Shown here: one piece after another, positions 11,130-21,473 of the stretch | How the letters are laid out: every line of letters starts with the position of its first letter | Numbering within the stretch: the first letter of the stretch is position 1 | DNA from: Muricomes sp. | GTDB lineage: Bacteria > Bacillota > Clostridia > Lachnospirales > Lachnospiraceae | Reading direction: 5' to 3' | Assembly (NCBI GenBank): GCA_049840515.1 | Contig: JASGKW010000019.1 | Location: forward strand, 49,589 to 113,588 | DNA: 64,000 nt | The notes under the pieces: model-generated | Told to the model about the DNA's origin: nothing | Seen by the model: only the letters and a program-made list of their open reading frames with translations | Database searches by the model: none | Program-made: the position numbers and the translations under genes

Positions 11130-13403
11130 TTAGTGTTTTGGCTTAAATAATTTTAATCTTAAAGCATTAGAAACAACAAACACTGAACTCATACTCATGG
11201 CTGCCGCTCCAAACATCGGGCTGAGTTTCCATCCAAGGCTTGCATAAAATACACCTGCCGCCAGCGGGATTCCCAAACTATTGTAGAAAAATGCCCAGAA
11301 TAAGTTCTGCTTAATGTTTTTGATAGTAGCCTTGCTCAACTGAACCGCTGTAACCGCATCTAGCAAATCGCTCTTCATCAAAACAATATCTGCCGACTCA
11401 ATGGCAACGTCCGTTCCTGCTCCAATGGCAATACCTACATCGGCTCTCGCCAGGGCAGGTGCATCATTGATACCGTCACCGACCATCGCAACCTTTTTGG
11501 ATTTCCTCTGTATCTCACGGATTTCCTTTTCCTTATCCTGAGGCAGAACCTCCGCTACAACCCGGTCGATGTGCAGCTGATTTCTGATGGCCTCCGCAGT
11601 CTTCTTATTATCTCCTGTCAACATTACCACGTCAATACCCATAGCCTTAAACTGCTCTATAGCCTGACGGCTTGTAGGCTTTACGACGTCTGCAACAGCA
11701 ATAATGCCCAAAAGCTTTTTGTCATCTGCAAAATATAAAGGTGTCTTGCCTTCCATCGCAAAGGAATCTGAAGCATCCTGGAAACCACTTACATCAATGC
11801 TCTCATCCTCCATCAGGGCAAGATTACCTGCGATATATCTCTTCCCGCCAATGCTTCCAATGATACCTCTTCCGGAAACAGCATTAAAGTCGTCAACATC
11901 CTCAAAGGACATTCCCTCCGCCTTTGCTCTCTCCACAATAGCCTCCGCCAGCGGGTGCTCTGATGGTTTCTCCATAGATGCAGCTATCTCGAGAAGCTGC
12001 TTTTCATCTCCCCCTGCCGCTGTAATAATATCTGTAACCACAGGTTTACCCTCTGTGATTGTTCCGGTTTTATCCAGAACTACAGTATTGATAGTATGAA
12101 GGGTTTCTAAGGACTCCGCTGATTTAATCAATATACCGTTGGATGCTCCTTTTCCTGTTCCAACCATGATTGCAACCGGTGTTGCCAGCCCAAGGGCACA
12201 GGGGCAGGAAATTACTAATACAGCTATTCCGATAGACAGCGCAAATTCAAAAGGATATCCCAAAATCATCCACACTGCGGCAGCTATAATTGCTATGCTT
12301 ATTACCACAGGAACAAATACTGCACTGATTTTATCCGCCATTTTTGCAATAGGTGCTTTTGATGAACTTGCATCTTCCACCAACTGGATAATCTGCGCTA
12401 AAGTTGTATCATCCCCGACCTTTTCCGCTCTGAACTTGAAAAATCCCGTTTTATTTATGGTGGCAGCAATTACTTTATCGCCCACATTCTTCTCTACAGG
12501 AATACTCTCGCCTGTTAAAGCGGACTGGTCAACCGCTGAGCTTCCCTCCGTAATAACACCATCCACAGGTATGCTCTGACCCGGCCGTACAACTATTATA
12601 TCATCTTTTTGAACTTCTTCCACAGAAATTTCTACTTCATTGCCATCGCGGACAACAGTCGCTGTCTTTGGCGCCAAATCCATGAGCTTGGTTATCGCCT
12701 CTGAAGTCCTGCCTTTTGCCTTGGTTTCCAGCAATTTACCAAGAGTAATGAGGGCCAGAATTGTCGCCGCTGATTCAAAATACAAATCTTCCAGATACTG
12801 GTGCACAATTCCCATGTCATTGTGGCCCAGACCATATCCAATCCTGAAAATTGCAAAGATTCCATATATCAGGGCCGCTGATGACCCTATTGCGATAAGG
12901 GAATCCATATTCGGTGTGCCATGAAATAATGCTTTGAAACCAACGTAATAATACTTGCGGTTCACATAAACAATTGGTATGGTCAGCAGCAGCTGTATCA
13001 GAGTAAACGTGACTCCATTCTCAGGACCTCCCATCCAGTGGGGGTGGGGAAAGTTGAACATATGCCCCATAGACACATACATCAAAGGAATCAGAAGCGC
13101 GAATGAAATTATCACACGCCTTGTCATTTCCTTTATCTCTTCTTCTACCAGATTTACAGTATTTTCTTTCTTCGCAGCAGCACCTGCACCGCGCACAAAT
13201 ATAGAAGCTCCATATCCAGCATCCTCAACCGCCTTAATAATTCCAGTATTATCTATACTGGATTCATCGTAATTGACAGTCATACTATTTGAAAGTAGAT
13301 TTACATTTACAGACTCAACGCCGGAAAGCTTTGAAACTGCCTTTTCTACATTAGCCGAACAAGATGAACAAGTCATACCTGTCACATTAAATTTTTGATC
13401 CAT
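11130..13403 (-). CDS. copA: Copper-translocating P1B-type ATPase
   Basis: N-terminal HMA motif GMTCSSC, transmembrane CPC motif ([11 protein letters not shown]), phosphorylation site DKTGT, and GDGINDAP. The SD GAGGTGA lies 5 nt before the ATG at 13403. Confidence 0.92.
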   Translation of the reverse strand: MDQKFNVTGMTCSSCSANVEKAVSKLSGVESVNVNLLSNSMTVNYDESSIDNTGIIKAVEDAGYGASIFVRGAGAAAKKENTVNLVEEEIKEMTRRVIISFALLIPLMYVSMGHMFNFPHPHWMGGPENGVTFTLIQLLLTIPIVYVNRKYYYVGFKALFHGTPNMDSLIAIGSSAALIYGIFAIFRIGYGLGHNDMGIVHQYLEDLYFESAATILALITLGKLLETKAKGRTSEAITKLMDLAPKTATVVRDGNEVEISVEEVQKDDIIVVRPGQSIPVDGVITEGSSAVDQSALTGESIPVEKNVGDKVIAATINKTGFFKFRAEKVGDDTTLAQIIQLVEDASSSKAPIAKMADKISAVFVPVVISIAIIAAAVWMILGYPFEFALSIGIAVLVISCPCALGLATPVAIMVGTGKGASNGILIKSAESLETLHTINTVVLDKTGTITEGKPVVTDIITAAGGDEKQLLEIAASMEKPSEHPLAEAIVERAKAEGMSFEDVDDFNAVSGRGIIGSIGGKRYIAGNLALMEDESIDVSGFQDASDSFAMEGKTPLYFADDKKLLGIIAVADVVKPTSRQAIEQFKAMGIDVVMLTGDNKKTAEAIRNQLHIDRVVAEVLPQDKEKEIREIQRKSKKVAMVGDGINDAPALARADVGIAIGAGTDVAIESADIVLMKSDLLDAVTAVQLSKATIKNIKQNLFWAFFYNSLGIPLAAGVFYASLGWKLSPMFGAAAMSMSSVFVVSNALRLKLFKPKH

Positions 13404-13427
13404 TACTTCACCTCTCATCTTTATACT

Positions 13428-13445
13428 ATACCCCCAGGGGGGTGT
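13428..13445. promoter_or_regulatory. Candidate CsoR operator upstream of copA
   Basis: The GC-rich pseudo-palindrome ATACCCCCAGGGGGGTGT lies about 25 nt upstream of the copA start. It resembles known CsoR operators (TACCC...GGGTA type). Confidence 0.55.
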
Positions 13446-13608
13446 TTACATTTAAATCTTATACCGAGTCTTATATTTTGTCAATAGCTTTTATAGATTA
13501 AATTTTACCAATCAGGTTTTATTTATACGGATTGAACTGTAAACATAAGTGTTTATGTGGTAAAATTAATTTCATAATTAAGCTAACGGGGGAAAGGCAG
13601 GAAATGGC

Positions 13609-14178
13609 ATGTTAATTAGATTTGCAGCAGCAGAAGACAGCGCAGAATTGTTAAAAATATACGCTCAATATATCAATACACCGATTACTTTTGAATATTC
13701 GCTCCCGACAGAGCAGGAATTTGCACAGCGCATCACAGAGATAAGTAAAAGCTATCCATATTTGGTCTGTGAGGAAGATGGACAGATTGTCGGATACGCC
13801 TACGCCCATATGTATGGGGAGAGAGAAGCTTATAAGTGGAACGCGGAATTGTCTGTTTATATAGATGAAACCTGTACATCTAAGGGGTTAGGCAAGCGGT
13901 TCTATCACATCTTAATAGAAATACTAAAATTACAAGGCATGAAAACAGTTTACGGTATCGTCACAGTCCCCAATGGAAAAAGTGAAAAGCTTCATCATTC
14001 CATGGGATTTCACCATTTGGGCACATACCACAGCGGAGGCTACAAAAATGGCAAATGGCACGATGTGGCTTTATTTGAGAAAAGCATCTCACCATACGAT
14101 TTAGAACCCGTTTCACCTGTGTCAATCACCCATATCCCTGCGGACAAACTGCATGAAATATTGAATGAAATAAAATAA
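13609..14178 (+). CDS. GNAT N-acetyltransferase, phosphinothricin/methionine-sulfoximine acetyltransferase-like
   Basis: 189-aa ORF. Its layout resembles PAT-family GNATs (AELSVYIDE..KGLGKR..). An SD-like GGGGGAAAGG lies upstream. Confidence 0.65.
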   Translation: MLIRFAAAEDSAELLKIYAQYINTPITFEYSLPTEQEFAQRITEISKSYPYLVCEEDGQIVGYAYAHMYGEREAYKWNAELSVYIDETCTSKGLGKRFYHILIEILKLQGMKTVYGIVTVPNGKSEKLHHSMGFHHLGTYHSGGYKNGKWHDVALFEKSISPYDLEPVSPVSITHIPADKLHEILNEIK

Positions 14179-14183
14179 CAGAA

Positions 14184-14213
14184 GGAGCAGCTATCCGCAC
14201 TGATAGCTGCTCC
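14184..14213. terminator. Bidirectional terminator between convergent GNAT and ADH genes
   Basis: Perfect 11-bp stem GGAGCAGCTAT / ATAGCTGCTCC with an 8-nt loop. Confidence 0.6.
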
Positions 14214-14231
14214 TTCCTCATAGTTCTTTTC

Positions 14232-15244
14232 TTATGGAATAATCATCATCTTTCCGTTTCTTCCGCCGATTTCAAATGCCTTTTCAATCTCATCCAGTGG
14301 GATGATATCTGATATCAGCTTTTTAATTTCAGCCTGTGGTTATTGATTAATTCTACCGCTCTTCCGTGAGTAAAAGGATTTACAAAGGAGGCAGTTATTG
14401 TCAATTCCCTCTGAAAAATTTCGTAAGGTTTGATTGGTATTTCGCAGTCCGGGTCTGCGACACCGAAGAATACGATATGTGCGCCCTGCCCCGCATATTT
14501 AACAGCATCTTTCATAGTCTCCGCTCTTCCCACACATTCAATAGAGACATTCACCTTTCTGATTTGGCTGCGTTTCAGAACCTCAAATAAATCTTCTTCC
14601 ATCGGATTCACAACATAATCAGCGCCTAACTCCAATGCGGTTTTTCTTTTTGATTCTACTGGTTCCGATACAATAACCACCGCTGCCCCTGAAATTTTGG
14701 CGAGCTGCAGCATAATCAGGCCAATCGTGCCGCCGCCGATAATCAAAACCACATCACCGGCTTTGATGTGCGCCCGGTCAATCCCGTGCAGACAGCATCC
14801 CACAGGCTCACACATCGCAGCCTCCTCAAAGGAAATATCTTCCTTCAAACGGTATACCTGTTTTTCCAGAACCGTACAATATTCTGCAAATCCCCCGTCA
14901 TAAGTCACTCCCGTGGCAGAATACTCCTCACAAAAATGTGGAGTTCCGCTCTGGCATTCACAGCAGTTATCACATGCAATACTCGGGTCAACGGTTACAT
15001 GATCACCTGCTTTCACCCTTTTTACATTCTCCCCCACTTCCGCCACAACACCGGCAAACTCATGCCCCAGCACTACCGGAGGATAGCATTCAGAAGCACC
15101 TTTTGCACCGCCATAAATGTGCATATCTGTTCCGCACACTCCCGCTGCCTTTACCTGTATCAGCACTTCATCCGCTTTGGGCCGGCGTACTTCATGTTCC
15201 TCCACGAGAATTTTCCCTTTTTCGTAAAAAACCGCTGCTTTCAT
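14232..15244 (-). pseudogene. Zn-dependent alcohol dehydrogenase (MDR, sorbitol/threonine-DH-like), with a 1-nt frameshift near the 3' end
   Basis: The 309-aa ORF (14315-15244) carries GHEFAG and the structural-Zn Cys cluster. Its C-terminus continues in another frame as AEIKKLISDIIPLDEIEKAFEIGGRNGKMMIIP* down to 14232. That tail is collinear with the paralog at 21474-22493. One base appears to be missing near 14329-14343. Confidence 0.8.
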
Positions 15245-15279
15245 CTTTTTTCCTCCACTCTTTTTATATGTATCATATA

Positions 15280-16188
15280 TTAACTATCCTGCAGCCGGAG
15301 ACATCCATATGATTCTAGCTTAGAATAAATCTGCTCCTTTTCTTTGGCCTCAATTGTTTTGATATCCGGCAGCGCATATTGTTCCCCAATCTGTGCCGCC
15401 TTCCCTTTTGCCATATCGTGATACACCATCAAATTCACCTGCTCAATACCCGCGTATCTGCGAGATAACTCTGCAATACTCTGATAATGTTCCTCATTGT
15501 CATTAATCCCAGGGATAATGGGACACCGGAGATATACATGCTTTCCATTTTCGCAGAGATAATCCAGATTTTTCAAAATCAGACGGTTATCAGCTCCGGT
15601 ATATTGTTTGTGTTCTTTTTCATCTGTTATTTTGTAATCAAAAAGGAACACCTCTACAAATTCTGACACCACTTTATATTTATCCAGAGAAGCCTGTCCT
15701 GAAGTGTCCAGACAAATATGCAGTCCCTTTTCTTTTGCTTTCTTGAGCAGCTCCAATAATGCCTCAAACTGCAGCATAGGCTCTCCCCCGCTCACCGTCA
15801 GGCCCCCGCCGCTTCTCTGATAAAAGTCCCAGTCTTTCATAACAACCTGAATAATTTCTTCACTGGTCATACTTTGTCCATAAATCTTCAATGCACGAGT
15901 TGGACATGCATCTACACACAGCCCGCACTGTACGCATCTTCCAAAATCAATTTCATGACAGTGCTCTTTGCTTACGCTATGAACAGAATATTCACATACC
16001 TCCTGACATTTCCCGCAGTATGTACAGCTCTTTTCCAAAAAGCCTAACTGAGGCCTGCTTTTTATAGATTCTGGATTGTGGCACCACATGCAGTTTAAAG
16101 GACACCCCTTTAAAAAAACAGTGGTGCGGATTCCAGGCCCGTCATGCAGTGCAAATCTTTGCAGGTCAAAAACCATTAATTCTGCCAT
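15280..16188 (-). CDS. Glycyl-radical enzyme activating protein (radical SAM)
   Basis: CPLNCMWCHNP radical-SAM cluster plus two ferredoxin-like Cys clusters (CTYCGKCQEVC, CVQCGLCVDAC). It lies directly downstream of the GRE. Confidence 0.9.
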   Translation of the reverse strand: MAELMVFDLQRFALHDGPGIRTTVFLKGCPLNCMWCHNPESIKSRPQLGFLEKSCTYCGKCQEVCEYSVHSVSKEHCHEIDFGRCVQCGLCVDACPTRALKIYGQSMTSEEIIQVVMKDWDFYQRSGGGLTVSGGEPMLQFEALLELLKKAKEKGLHICLDTSGQASLDKYKVVSEFVEVFLFDYKITDEKEHKQYTGADNRLILKNLDYLCENGKHVYLRCPIIPGINDNEEHYQSIAELSRRYAGIEQVNLMVYHDMAKGKAAQIGEQYALPDIKTIEAKEKEQIYSKLESYGCLRLQDS

Positions 16189-16203
16189 TTCTTTTCCACC
16201 TTA

Positions 16204-18543
16204 TCAATTCAATGTCCGATTCAGAATATCCTGCTGTACGTCATCCGCCAGCTCAATATATCTTGCACTGAATCCGCCTACACGTACAATCAGATTCGCA
16301 TATTTCTCCGGCTCTCTTCTCGCATTTTCGAGGTCTTCTCTTCCCACAACATTTATCATTGCCTGTGTCCCTCCCCGCCCGAAATAGGAATCCATAAGCG
16401 GAAAGATAACAGTCTGTCTCTTATTATTGAAAGTGTCCTTAGAAAACTTCATATTCTGTACGACTCCAAAATGAATGTCCCCTCTGACCTTCAGCAGAGA
16501 ATTTAAAAATGCGGTGACACCATTTTTATCCATGCCCGCCGTTGGGTTATTTGCATTTGTAAGAGATTCACCCGCGCGTCTGCCGTCCGGTGTGGCCCCT
16601 GTATTTCTTCCCTGTGTTGTATTATCCCGGTTGTTAATATTTACCATGCCAAAACAATCCAGCCCATAATATTTTCCGGAGATATCCAGCATGGTGAGGC
16701 ATACCATCTCGTGAACCGCCTTCATCATATCGTCCACTTCTTCCAAATCGTTCCCGTACTTATCCACATTCAGCATGACTGCACGTTCCGTCTCATAGCC
16801 TGCAAAATCTGCTTTTAGAGCATCCATCATTCTCTGTGCAGATACAGATTTACTTTCAAACACACATTTTTTTATTGCATATAAAGAATCTGAACAGGTA
16901 ACCATCCCGTATATCTCATCGCTTCCTCCGCATTTCTTCGTTCCGCCGCTGATGACTCCTTTTCCCGCGTCCAGACAGCCGTCATATAAAAGATTGTGAA
17001 GGTTCAGTGACATATCACCCGCAATAATCTCATAGCCGCGGGAATGATTCCGCGCACTTACATCCGTCAGAAATGCTACATTTTCACAGAAAGTCTGCCA
17101 CAGCTCATCAAAGGTTTTATAATCCGTTAAACAAGTCTCATTTGGTGTCAGCCTGTATGTACCCGTGGAGTCATAACCGCCGTTAATCGTTCCCCACAAA
17201 ACGTTCGCCATATTTAAAATGGAATTGGGGCTTACAATGATACTGTGGTCAATGGTAAACTCCCCGCAACCTAAAGGCATCCAGCCCAGCGCCTCCTCAT
17301 AGCTGATTCCAAATACATTCATGATACCCGGAATGATATTTTCATCTTTGTACAGCATAGGGTAGGTCGTCCCTTCCCCAATGCACTCCATCGCCTTTTC
17401 ATACAATTTGGGATTCATGCCGTCATACATCCTCAGTGTAAGCTGAGGTACAATATCCTTCACCCTTCTGGAAACTTCCATGATGACCATGGCAAGCTCA
17501 TCCGCTTCTTTTGGGTGTTTTCTGCCCAGTCCGCCTATAATTACCCGGTCATCCGTCACCTGTTCTTTTACAATCATCAATTCCCAGAAGCTTGTGAGCA
17601 GACGGATTGCTTGCTCATCCAGAATACCCTTTTTCAAGTCCTCTGCATAATACAGAGCCAAATAATCATCCATCCGCCCCCATTCACGTGCTCCATCCAT
17701 AAGCGTATAGATGATGACGAGCTGAATGGCCTCGCGGAAGCTCTCCGGTTTCTCAGTCACAAGCTTGCGGCAGATTCGCTCCATCTCTTTCAAATCTGTT
17801 CTGCGCTGTTGGTCTGTTTCTTGGCTGTATAACTTTGCCGCTTCATCCGCATACCACTCCAGGGTCCTCATAATTGTTTTCAATGAAATACAGATGCCTT
17901 CGTAAAAGTTGGGGTCATTCTCAGGATGGTCTTTTTGTTTTTCTTCTGTTAAATGATAAAGTCCGCTCAGCCCATAATCCAGTAATTTTTCATAATCCAG
18001 AAAAGTTCCCGCAACTCTTTGCAGCGCTGACGCGGCGTGGGGCTGTCCTTCCAAATCTAAAACAGTTCCATCGGAGGTTCCTCCCGTAACCATGTACACT
18101 TTATCGTTTGGTTCCATTTCCGCCAGAAATCGCTTTGTGGAAGTATGGTCACTCCAAAATTTGCGCAGTTCTTCCAATCGGCCCCGATTTTCACCTGATA
18201 TGGACTGGTCTGCTATTTTCTCATCAAACCAGCTAAAATTCATGGCAAATCCCCATTCGCTGTTGATATACTGTGCGTTCATTCCAAGGGGAAATATGTC
18301 CGCCCTCCCGCAAAACAGGTCATTCTTCATAATGCCCAGCATCATCTGCGGGAATTGCGCATCAAAGCACTTCGCTTCACGAATTGCCGGATGGTCATCT
18401 TTACACTCCTTATAAACTTCTGTAAACATTTCCATATGATTTAAAAGCTCTGAAAAATCCAGGCGTGGTTCATCATTATAAGTGGTTGTATAACCGCTGT
18501 ATGAACGTTTCATACGAGTTGTATAATGCTCTTTCCAATACAT
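16204..18543 (-). CDS. Glycyl radical enzyme of unknown substrate (PFL-fold, dehydratase/lyase-like)
   Basis: C-terminal glycyl motif RVGGFSARY and the TPDGRRAG loop. The putative thiyl loop reads PLGCGEF. The SD GGAGG lies 7 nt before the ATG at 18543; the ORF itself is open to 18576. Confidence 0.88.
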   Translation of the reverse strand: MYWKEHYTTRMKRSYSGYTTTYNDEPRLDFSELLNHMEMFTEVYKECKDDHPAIREAKCFDAQFPQMMLGIMKNDLFCGRADIFPLGMNAQYINSEWGFAMNFSWFDEKIADQSISGENRGRLEELRKFWSDHTSTKRFLAEMEPNDKVYMVTGGTSDGTVLDLEGQPHAASALQRVAGTFLDYEKLLDYGLSGLYHLTEEKQKDHPENDPNFYEGICISLKTIMRTLEWYADEAAKLYSQETDQQRRTDLKEMERICRKLVTEKPESFREAIQLVIIYTLMDGAREWGRMDDYLALYYAEDLKKGILDEQAIRLLTSFWELMIVKEQVTDDRVIIGGLGRKHPKEADELAMVIMEVSRRVKDIVPQLTLRMYDGMNPKLYEKAMECIGEGTTYPMLYKDENIIPGIMNVFGISYEEALGWMPLGCGEFTIDHSIIVSPNSILNMANVLWGTINGGYDSTGTYRLTPNETCLTDYKTFDELWQTFCENVAFLTDVSARNHSRGYEIIAGDMSLNLHNLLYDGCLDAGKGVISGGTKKCGGSDEIYGMVTCSDSLYAIKKCVFESKSVSAQRMMDALKADFAGYETERAVMLNVDKYGNDLEEVDDMMKAVHEMVCLTMLDISGKYYGLDCFGMVNINNRDNTTQGRNTGATPDGRRAGESLTNANNPTAGMDKNGVTAFLNSLLKVRGDIHFGVVQNMKFSKDTFNNKRQTVIFPLMDSYFGRGGTQAMINVVGREDLENARREPEKYANLIVRVGGFSARYIELADDVQQDILNRTLN

Positions 18544-18640
18544 TCTCACTCCTCCTTCTTTACCCGTTATATTCATTATATCTGTACAAAGATATTAATA
18601 CAATACCGTAATTCTTATACCAGATGCACAATCACTATAT

Positions 18641-18674
18641 AAAAACAAGACACCAGATAATTATATCTGGTGTC
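18641..18674 (-). terminator. Intrinsic terminator after the NifX-like gene
   Basis: 11-bp stem GACACCAGATA / TATCTGGTGTC with a 4-nt loop, followed on the minus strand by a U-run. Confidence 0.6.
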
Positions 18675-18739
18675 CTGGCATCCCACTATGAAATTAAAAA
18701 TTACCTGTATATCATTTATATGCTAGAAGAAAAAGACAG

Positions 18740-19099
18740 CTAGTGATGATGGTGATGCTCTCCATCGTGATGACTGCACACTGCGTCTGGATTATATCTC
18801 AAGTTTCCCGCCAGCAAATCATTTACCGCCTGGTCGGTATCGCCGGAAACACCCCCGTAAAGTTCAATGCCCGCCTCAGCCAGAGCATTTTTTGCTCCGT
18901 CACCAATTCCACCGCAAATCAAAGTATTTACGCCGTTATCTTTCAGGAAACCCGCCAGCGCTCCGTGGCCGCTGCCATTTGTGCTCACAACAGAAGTCTT
19001 CTCAACCTTACCAGCCTCCACATCATAAATCTTAAACTGCTCAGTGTGCCCAAAATGCTGAAACACCTTTCCATCTTCATATGTTACTGCAATTCTCAA
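18740..19099 (-). CDS. NifB/NifX-family (dinitrogenase FeMo-cofactor-binding-like) protein with a His-rich C-terminal tail
   Basis: Core sequence RIAVTYEDGKVFQHFGHTEQFKIYDV...ICGGIGDGA, ending in HHDGEHHHHH. The SD GGAGGG lies 7 nt before the TTG at 19099. An ATG at 19114 has no SD, and the ORF is open to 19204. Confidence 0.7.
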   Translation of the reverse strand: MRIAVTYEDGKVFQHFGHTEQFKIYDVEAGKVEKTSVVSTNGSGHGALAGFLKDNGVNTLICGGIGDGAKNALAEAGIELYGGVSGDTDQAVNDLLAGNLRYNPDAVCSHHDGEHHHHH

Positions 19100-19289
19100 T
19101 ATTAATCCCTCCATGTCAATCAGACAAATTAATTCGCATTCGTCAAGAGTCATTGTAACTAGTACACCATGTTCTCCACTAGTCCTGAAACCAGTGCCTT
19201 CCAAGTGAGGCCTACACGCCGATATTTGCAGGGTCCGGCATCATTTCACCTCATTTTCCCTGGCTCTATTATCCACATATGTCACAATC

Positions 19290-19317
19290 ATTATACGTCT
19301 TTCGTGCCACATGTCAA
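19290..19317 (-). promoter_or_regulatory. Sigma-A-type promoter for the NifX-like gene
   Basis: On the minus strand: TTGACA, a 16-nt spacer, then TATAAT. This leaves a leader of about 185 nt before the start codon. Confidence 0.5.
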
Positions 19318-19376
19318 TAACTATTCAAAAACTAACACGGCATACACAGAAACTTGCCTGATATTTGAATCGTTTG

Positions 19377-19925
19377 TCATTCATTTACAAATAAACGCTT
19401 GGACAGATTTTGAGCGCACTGTGCCCGCCGTTCCAGTTCACGTTCATCGGGCAAACCTTTAATATTGCCCATTCTGCCCAATGTATTAAATTCTTCCGAA
19501 CCGACAAATTCGCTCAGTACATACCACTTATCTTCCACATGAAAGCCAAAATGTTCAAAGAACTGACCAATATAAAGCCCTGTCGGAACGGCCTCCCGGA
19601 TGCCAGTATGAGGACCAGAATAGGTACAGAAAACAAGCGCGTGTTTGCCCGGTATCTCCGGTGCACCTGGCAAAATACGATTCTCTTTTTTATACTGCTG
19701 GAATTTTGACTTTAAATATTCCTCGGCGGGTTTCGTTACATGCCAGTTATAAGACGGTGCTCCAAAACAAACCAAATCATAATCATAAAAATTTTCTTCC
19801 ACGCCTTCATTGATTGTTCTACAAACTACCTGCACCCCTCCGTCATGAAGCCCCTGACAAATTGATTTTGCAACCTTTTCTGTATTTCCTGTAATAGATT
19901 GATATATGACCAGTGCTTTTTTCAT
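19377..19925 (-). CDS. Flavodoxin-family protein
   Basis: 182-aa ORF with the N-terminal FMN-binding pattern KALVIYQSITGNTEKVA. Confidence 0.8.
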   Translation of the reverse strand: MKKALVIYQSITGNTEKVAKSICQGLHDGGVQVVCRTINEGVEENFYDYDLVCFGAPSYNWHVTKPAEEYLKSKFQQYKKENRILPGAPEIPGKHALVFCTYSGPHTGIREAVPTGLYIGQFFEHFGFHVEDKWYVLSEFVGSEEFNTLGRMGNIKGLPDERELERRAQCAQNLSKRLFVNE

Positions 19926-20031
19926 CCTATCTTCCCTCTGCTTTCCACTATTTTTGTATTCTTTAAAAATTTTATTTAATAAAAGCCAGAGAATTACATT
20001 CCCTGACTTTCTTATTATTTATCTTCGCCCA

Positions 20032-20322
20032 TTAGGCAACCGTATAAATTTTAACATCCGGGTCTGCATTCCACAGAGGTTGAAGACCTACAAAGACGTC
20101 ATTCTTAAACATTTCTGTATCAAGATATGCTTTTGCATTTTCAGCACTGTCAAATCCATGAAGAACCTGCACATCCTCATCACGGATAAGGAGCTCTTTT
20201 GTTACTGCACCTTTGATTGTGTCTAAAAATGGCTGACGATAATCTGTATAAACCTTTGCCGCTGCAGGACGATTTGAATCATCAATCACCATTGTGATTT
20301 CTAAGTATGCTTTTACACCCAT
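20032..20322 (-). CDS. Hypothetical small protein (96 aa)
   Basis: Clean ORF with the SD GGAGGTAAAG upstream. I did not recognise a family. Confidence 0.5.
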   Translation of the reverse strand: MGVKAYLEITMVIDDSNRPAAAKVYTDYRQPFLDTIKGAVTKELLIRDEDVQVLHGFDSAENAKAYLDTEMFKNDVFVGLQPLWNADPDVKIYTVA

Positions 20323-20472
20323 ATTACTTTACCTCCAAAATGTATTTTTAATTAGGACTTGTGCCATACAAGGAACATATCAAAGATACTTGGGAATGTA
20401 AATATATTATGAAATTTAAAAGATACTATTATTTTTCATAGTATGAGTAGTTTTTTGTAATCTTCTCATATT

Positions 20473-21348
20473 TTATGAACTTGCTTTATTTGAATTTTTT
20501 CGCAAATATTTTATGATTTCGGTACCTGTTTTGGCTCCCTCATACACCGCTTTTGATATCTGCAATAATCCGCCAGTACAATCACCGGCAGCATACAGAC
20601 CAGGTATATTTGTTGACATATTCTCATCCACAACAATCTTATTGTTTTGTATTTCAGCGCCAATCTTTTTTGCCAAATCAGTGCTTCCAGCAACACCGAT
20701 TGCTACAAAAACACCGGAAACCGGTATAGATTCACCGTTCTGGAATTGAACTCTTTCAACAACGCCATTACCCTCAATCGAAGCGACAGCATCAGTAATG
20801 ACATTGATATTTTCCGGTATTTCAAAATCAGGCTCTTTTCCATTTGTAAGAATTGTGACTGAGTTTGAGGTAGCCAATAACTCTGATGCCTCATGCAATG
20901 CATAATTACCATTACCCAATACAGCCACGTCCTTTCCTCTGTAGAAGAAAGCATCACATACAGCGCAATAACTCACACCACTTCCCTCAAATTCCTTTAT
21001 GCCCCTGATTTTAGGTAACGTTCTTGACGTTCCGGTAGCAAGAACAACACTATCTGCTTCATATTTGCCATCTTTTGTAATTACAGATAATTTATCATCA
21101 TAATATATCCCCAAAACCTCATCCGATATAAATTCAGCACCCAGCCTGCGGGCACCCTCTATCCCCTCTGAAATCAATTCTTTTCCAGATATTGGCCGGC
21201 TGAAACCATAATAATTTTCTATTTCTGAAGCTTTATCCAATGCCCCGTAATCCTTGCCAATAATCAAAGTATTAATACCGGCTCTTGTCGTATAAAGTGC
21301 GGCTGAAGTACCAGCCGGACCATTCCCAATAATAATTACATTAGCCAT
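20473..21348 (-). CDS. Thioredoxin-reductase-like FAD-dependent pyridine nucleotide-disulfide oxidoreductase
   Basis: VIIIGNGPAGTSAA FAD motif, redox-active CAVC, a second Rossmann motif VAVLGNGNYA, and the C-terminal GLYAAGDC. Confidence 0.8.
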   Translation of the reverse strand: MANVIIIGNGPAGTSAALYTTRAGINTLIIGKDYGALDKASEIENYYGFSRPISGKELISEGIEGARRLGAEFISDEVLGIYYDDKLSVITKDGKYEADSVVLATGTSRTLPKIRGIKEFEGSGVSYCAVCDAFFYRGKDVAVLGNGNYALHEASELLATSNSVTILTNGKEPDFEIPENINVITDAVASIEGNGVVERVQFQNGESIPVSGVFVAIGVAGSTDLAKKIGAEIQNNKIVVDENMSTNIPGLYAAGDCTGGLLQISKAVYEGAKTGTEIIKYLRKNSNKASS

Positions 21349-21429
21349 AATAATCTCCTCCGTTTTTTTGCCTATATATAAAGTATATCAATAATAGCGA
21401 TAATGGTTCTGTGATAAAATTACATAAAA

Positions 21430-21455
21430 TGAAAACCCCGCCATAAAGGCGGGGC
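21430..21455 (-). terminator. Intrinsic terminator of the ADH paralog
   Basis: On the minus strand: CCCCGCC-tttat-GGCGGGG followed by UUUUCAUUUU. Confidence 0.7.
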
Positions 21456-21472
21456 CAAATGTTTCAATTATA
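21436..21472. repeat. Copy A of a 37-nt terminator-containing repeat
   Basis: ccccgccataaaggcggggccaaatgtttcaattata matches 24661-24697 at 35 of 37 positions, in the same orientation. Confidence 0.8.
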
Positions 21473-21473
21473 C

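Noticed and set aside
19100-19283. Assigning the NifX-like gene leader to the cobalamin or Moco riboswitch class.
   Set aside because: Only short partial matches are present (GGUGAAA; GCCUC..GGAAGG). The B12 box and full junction consensus are not recognisable by eye. It is kept only as an unclassified candidate.
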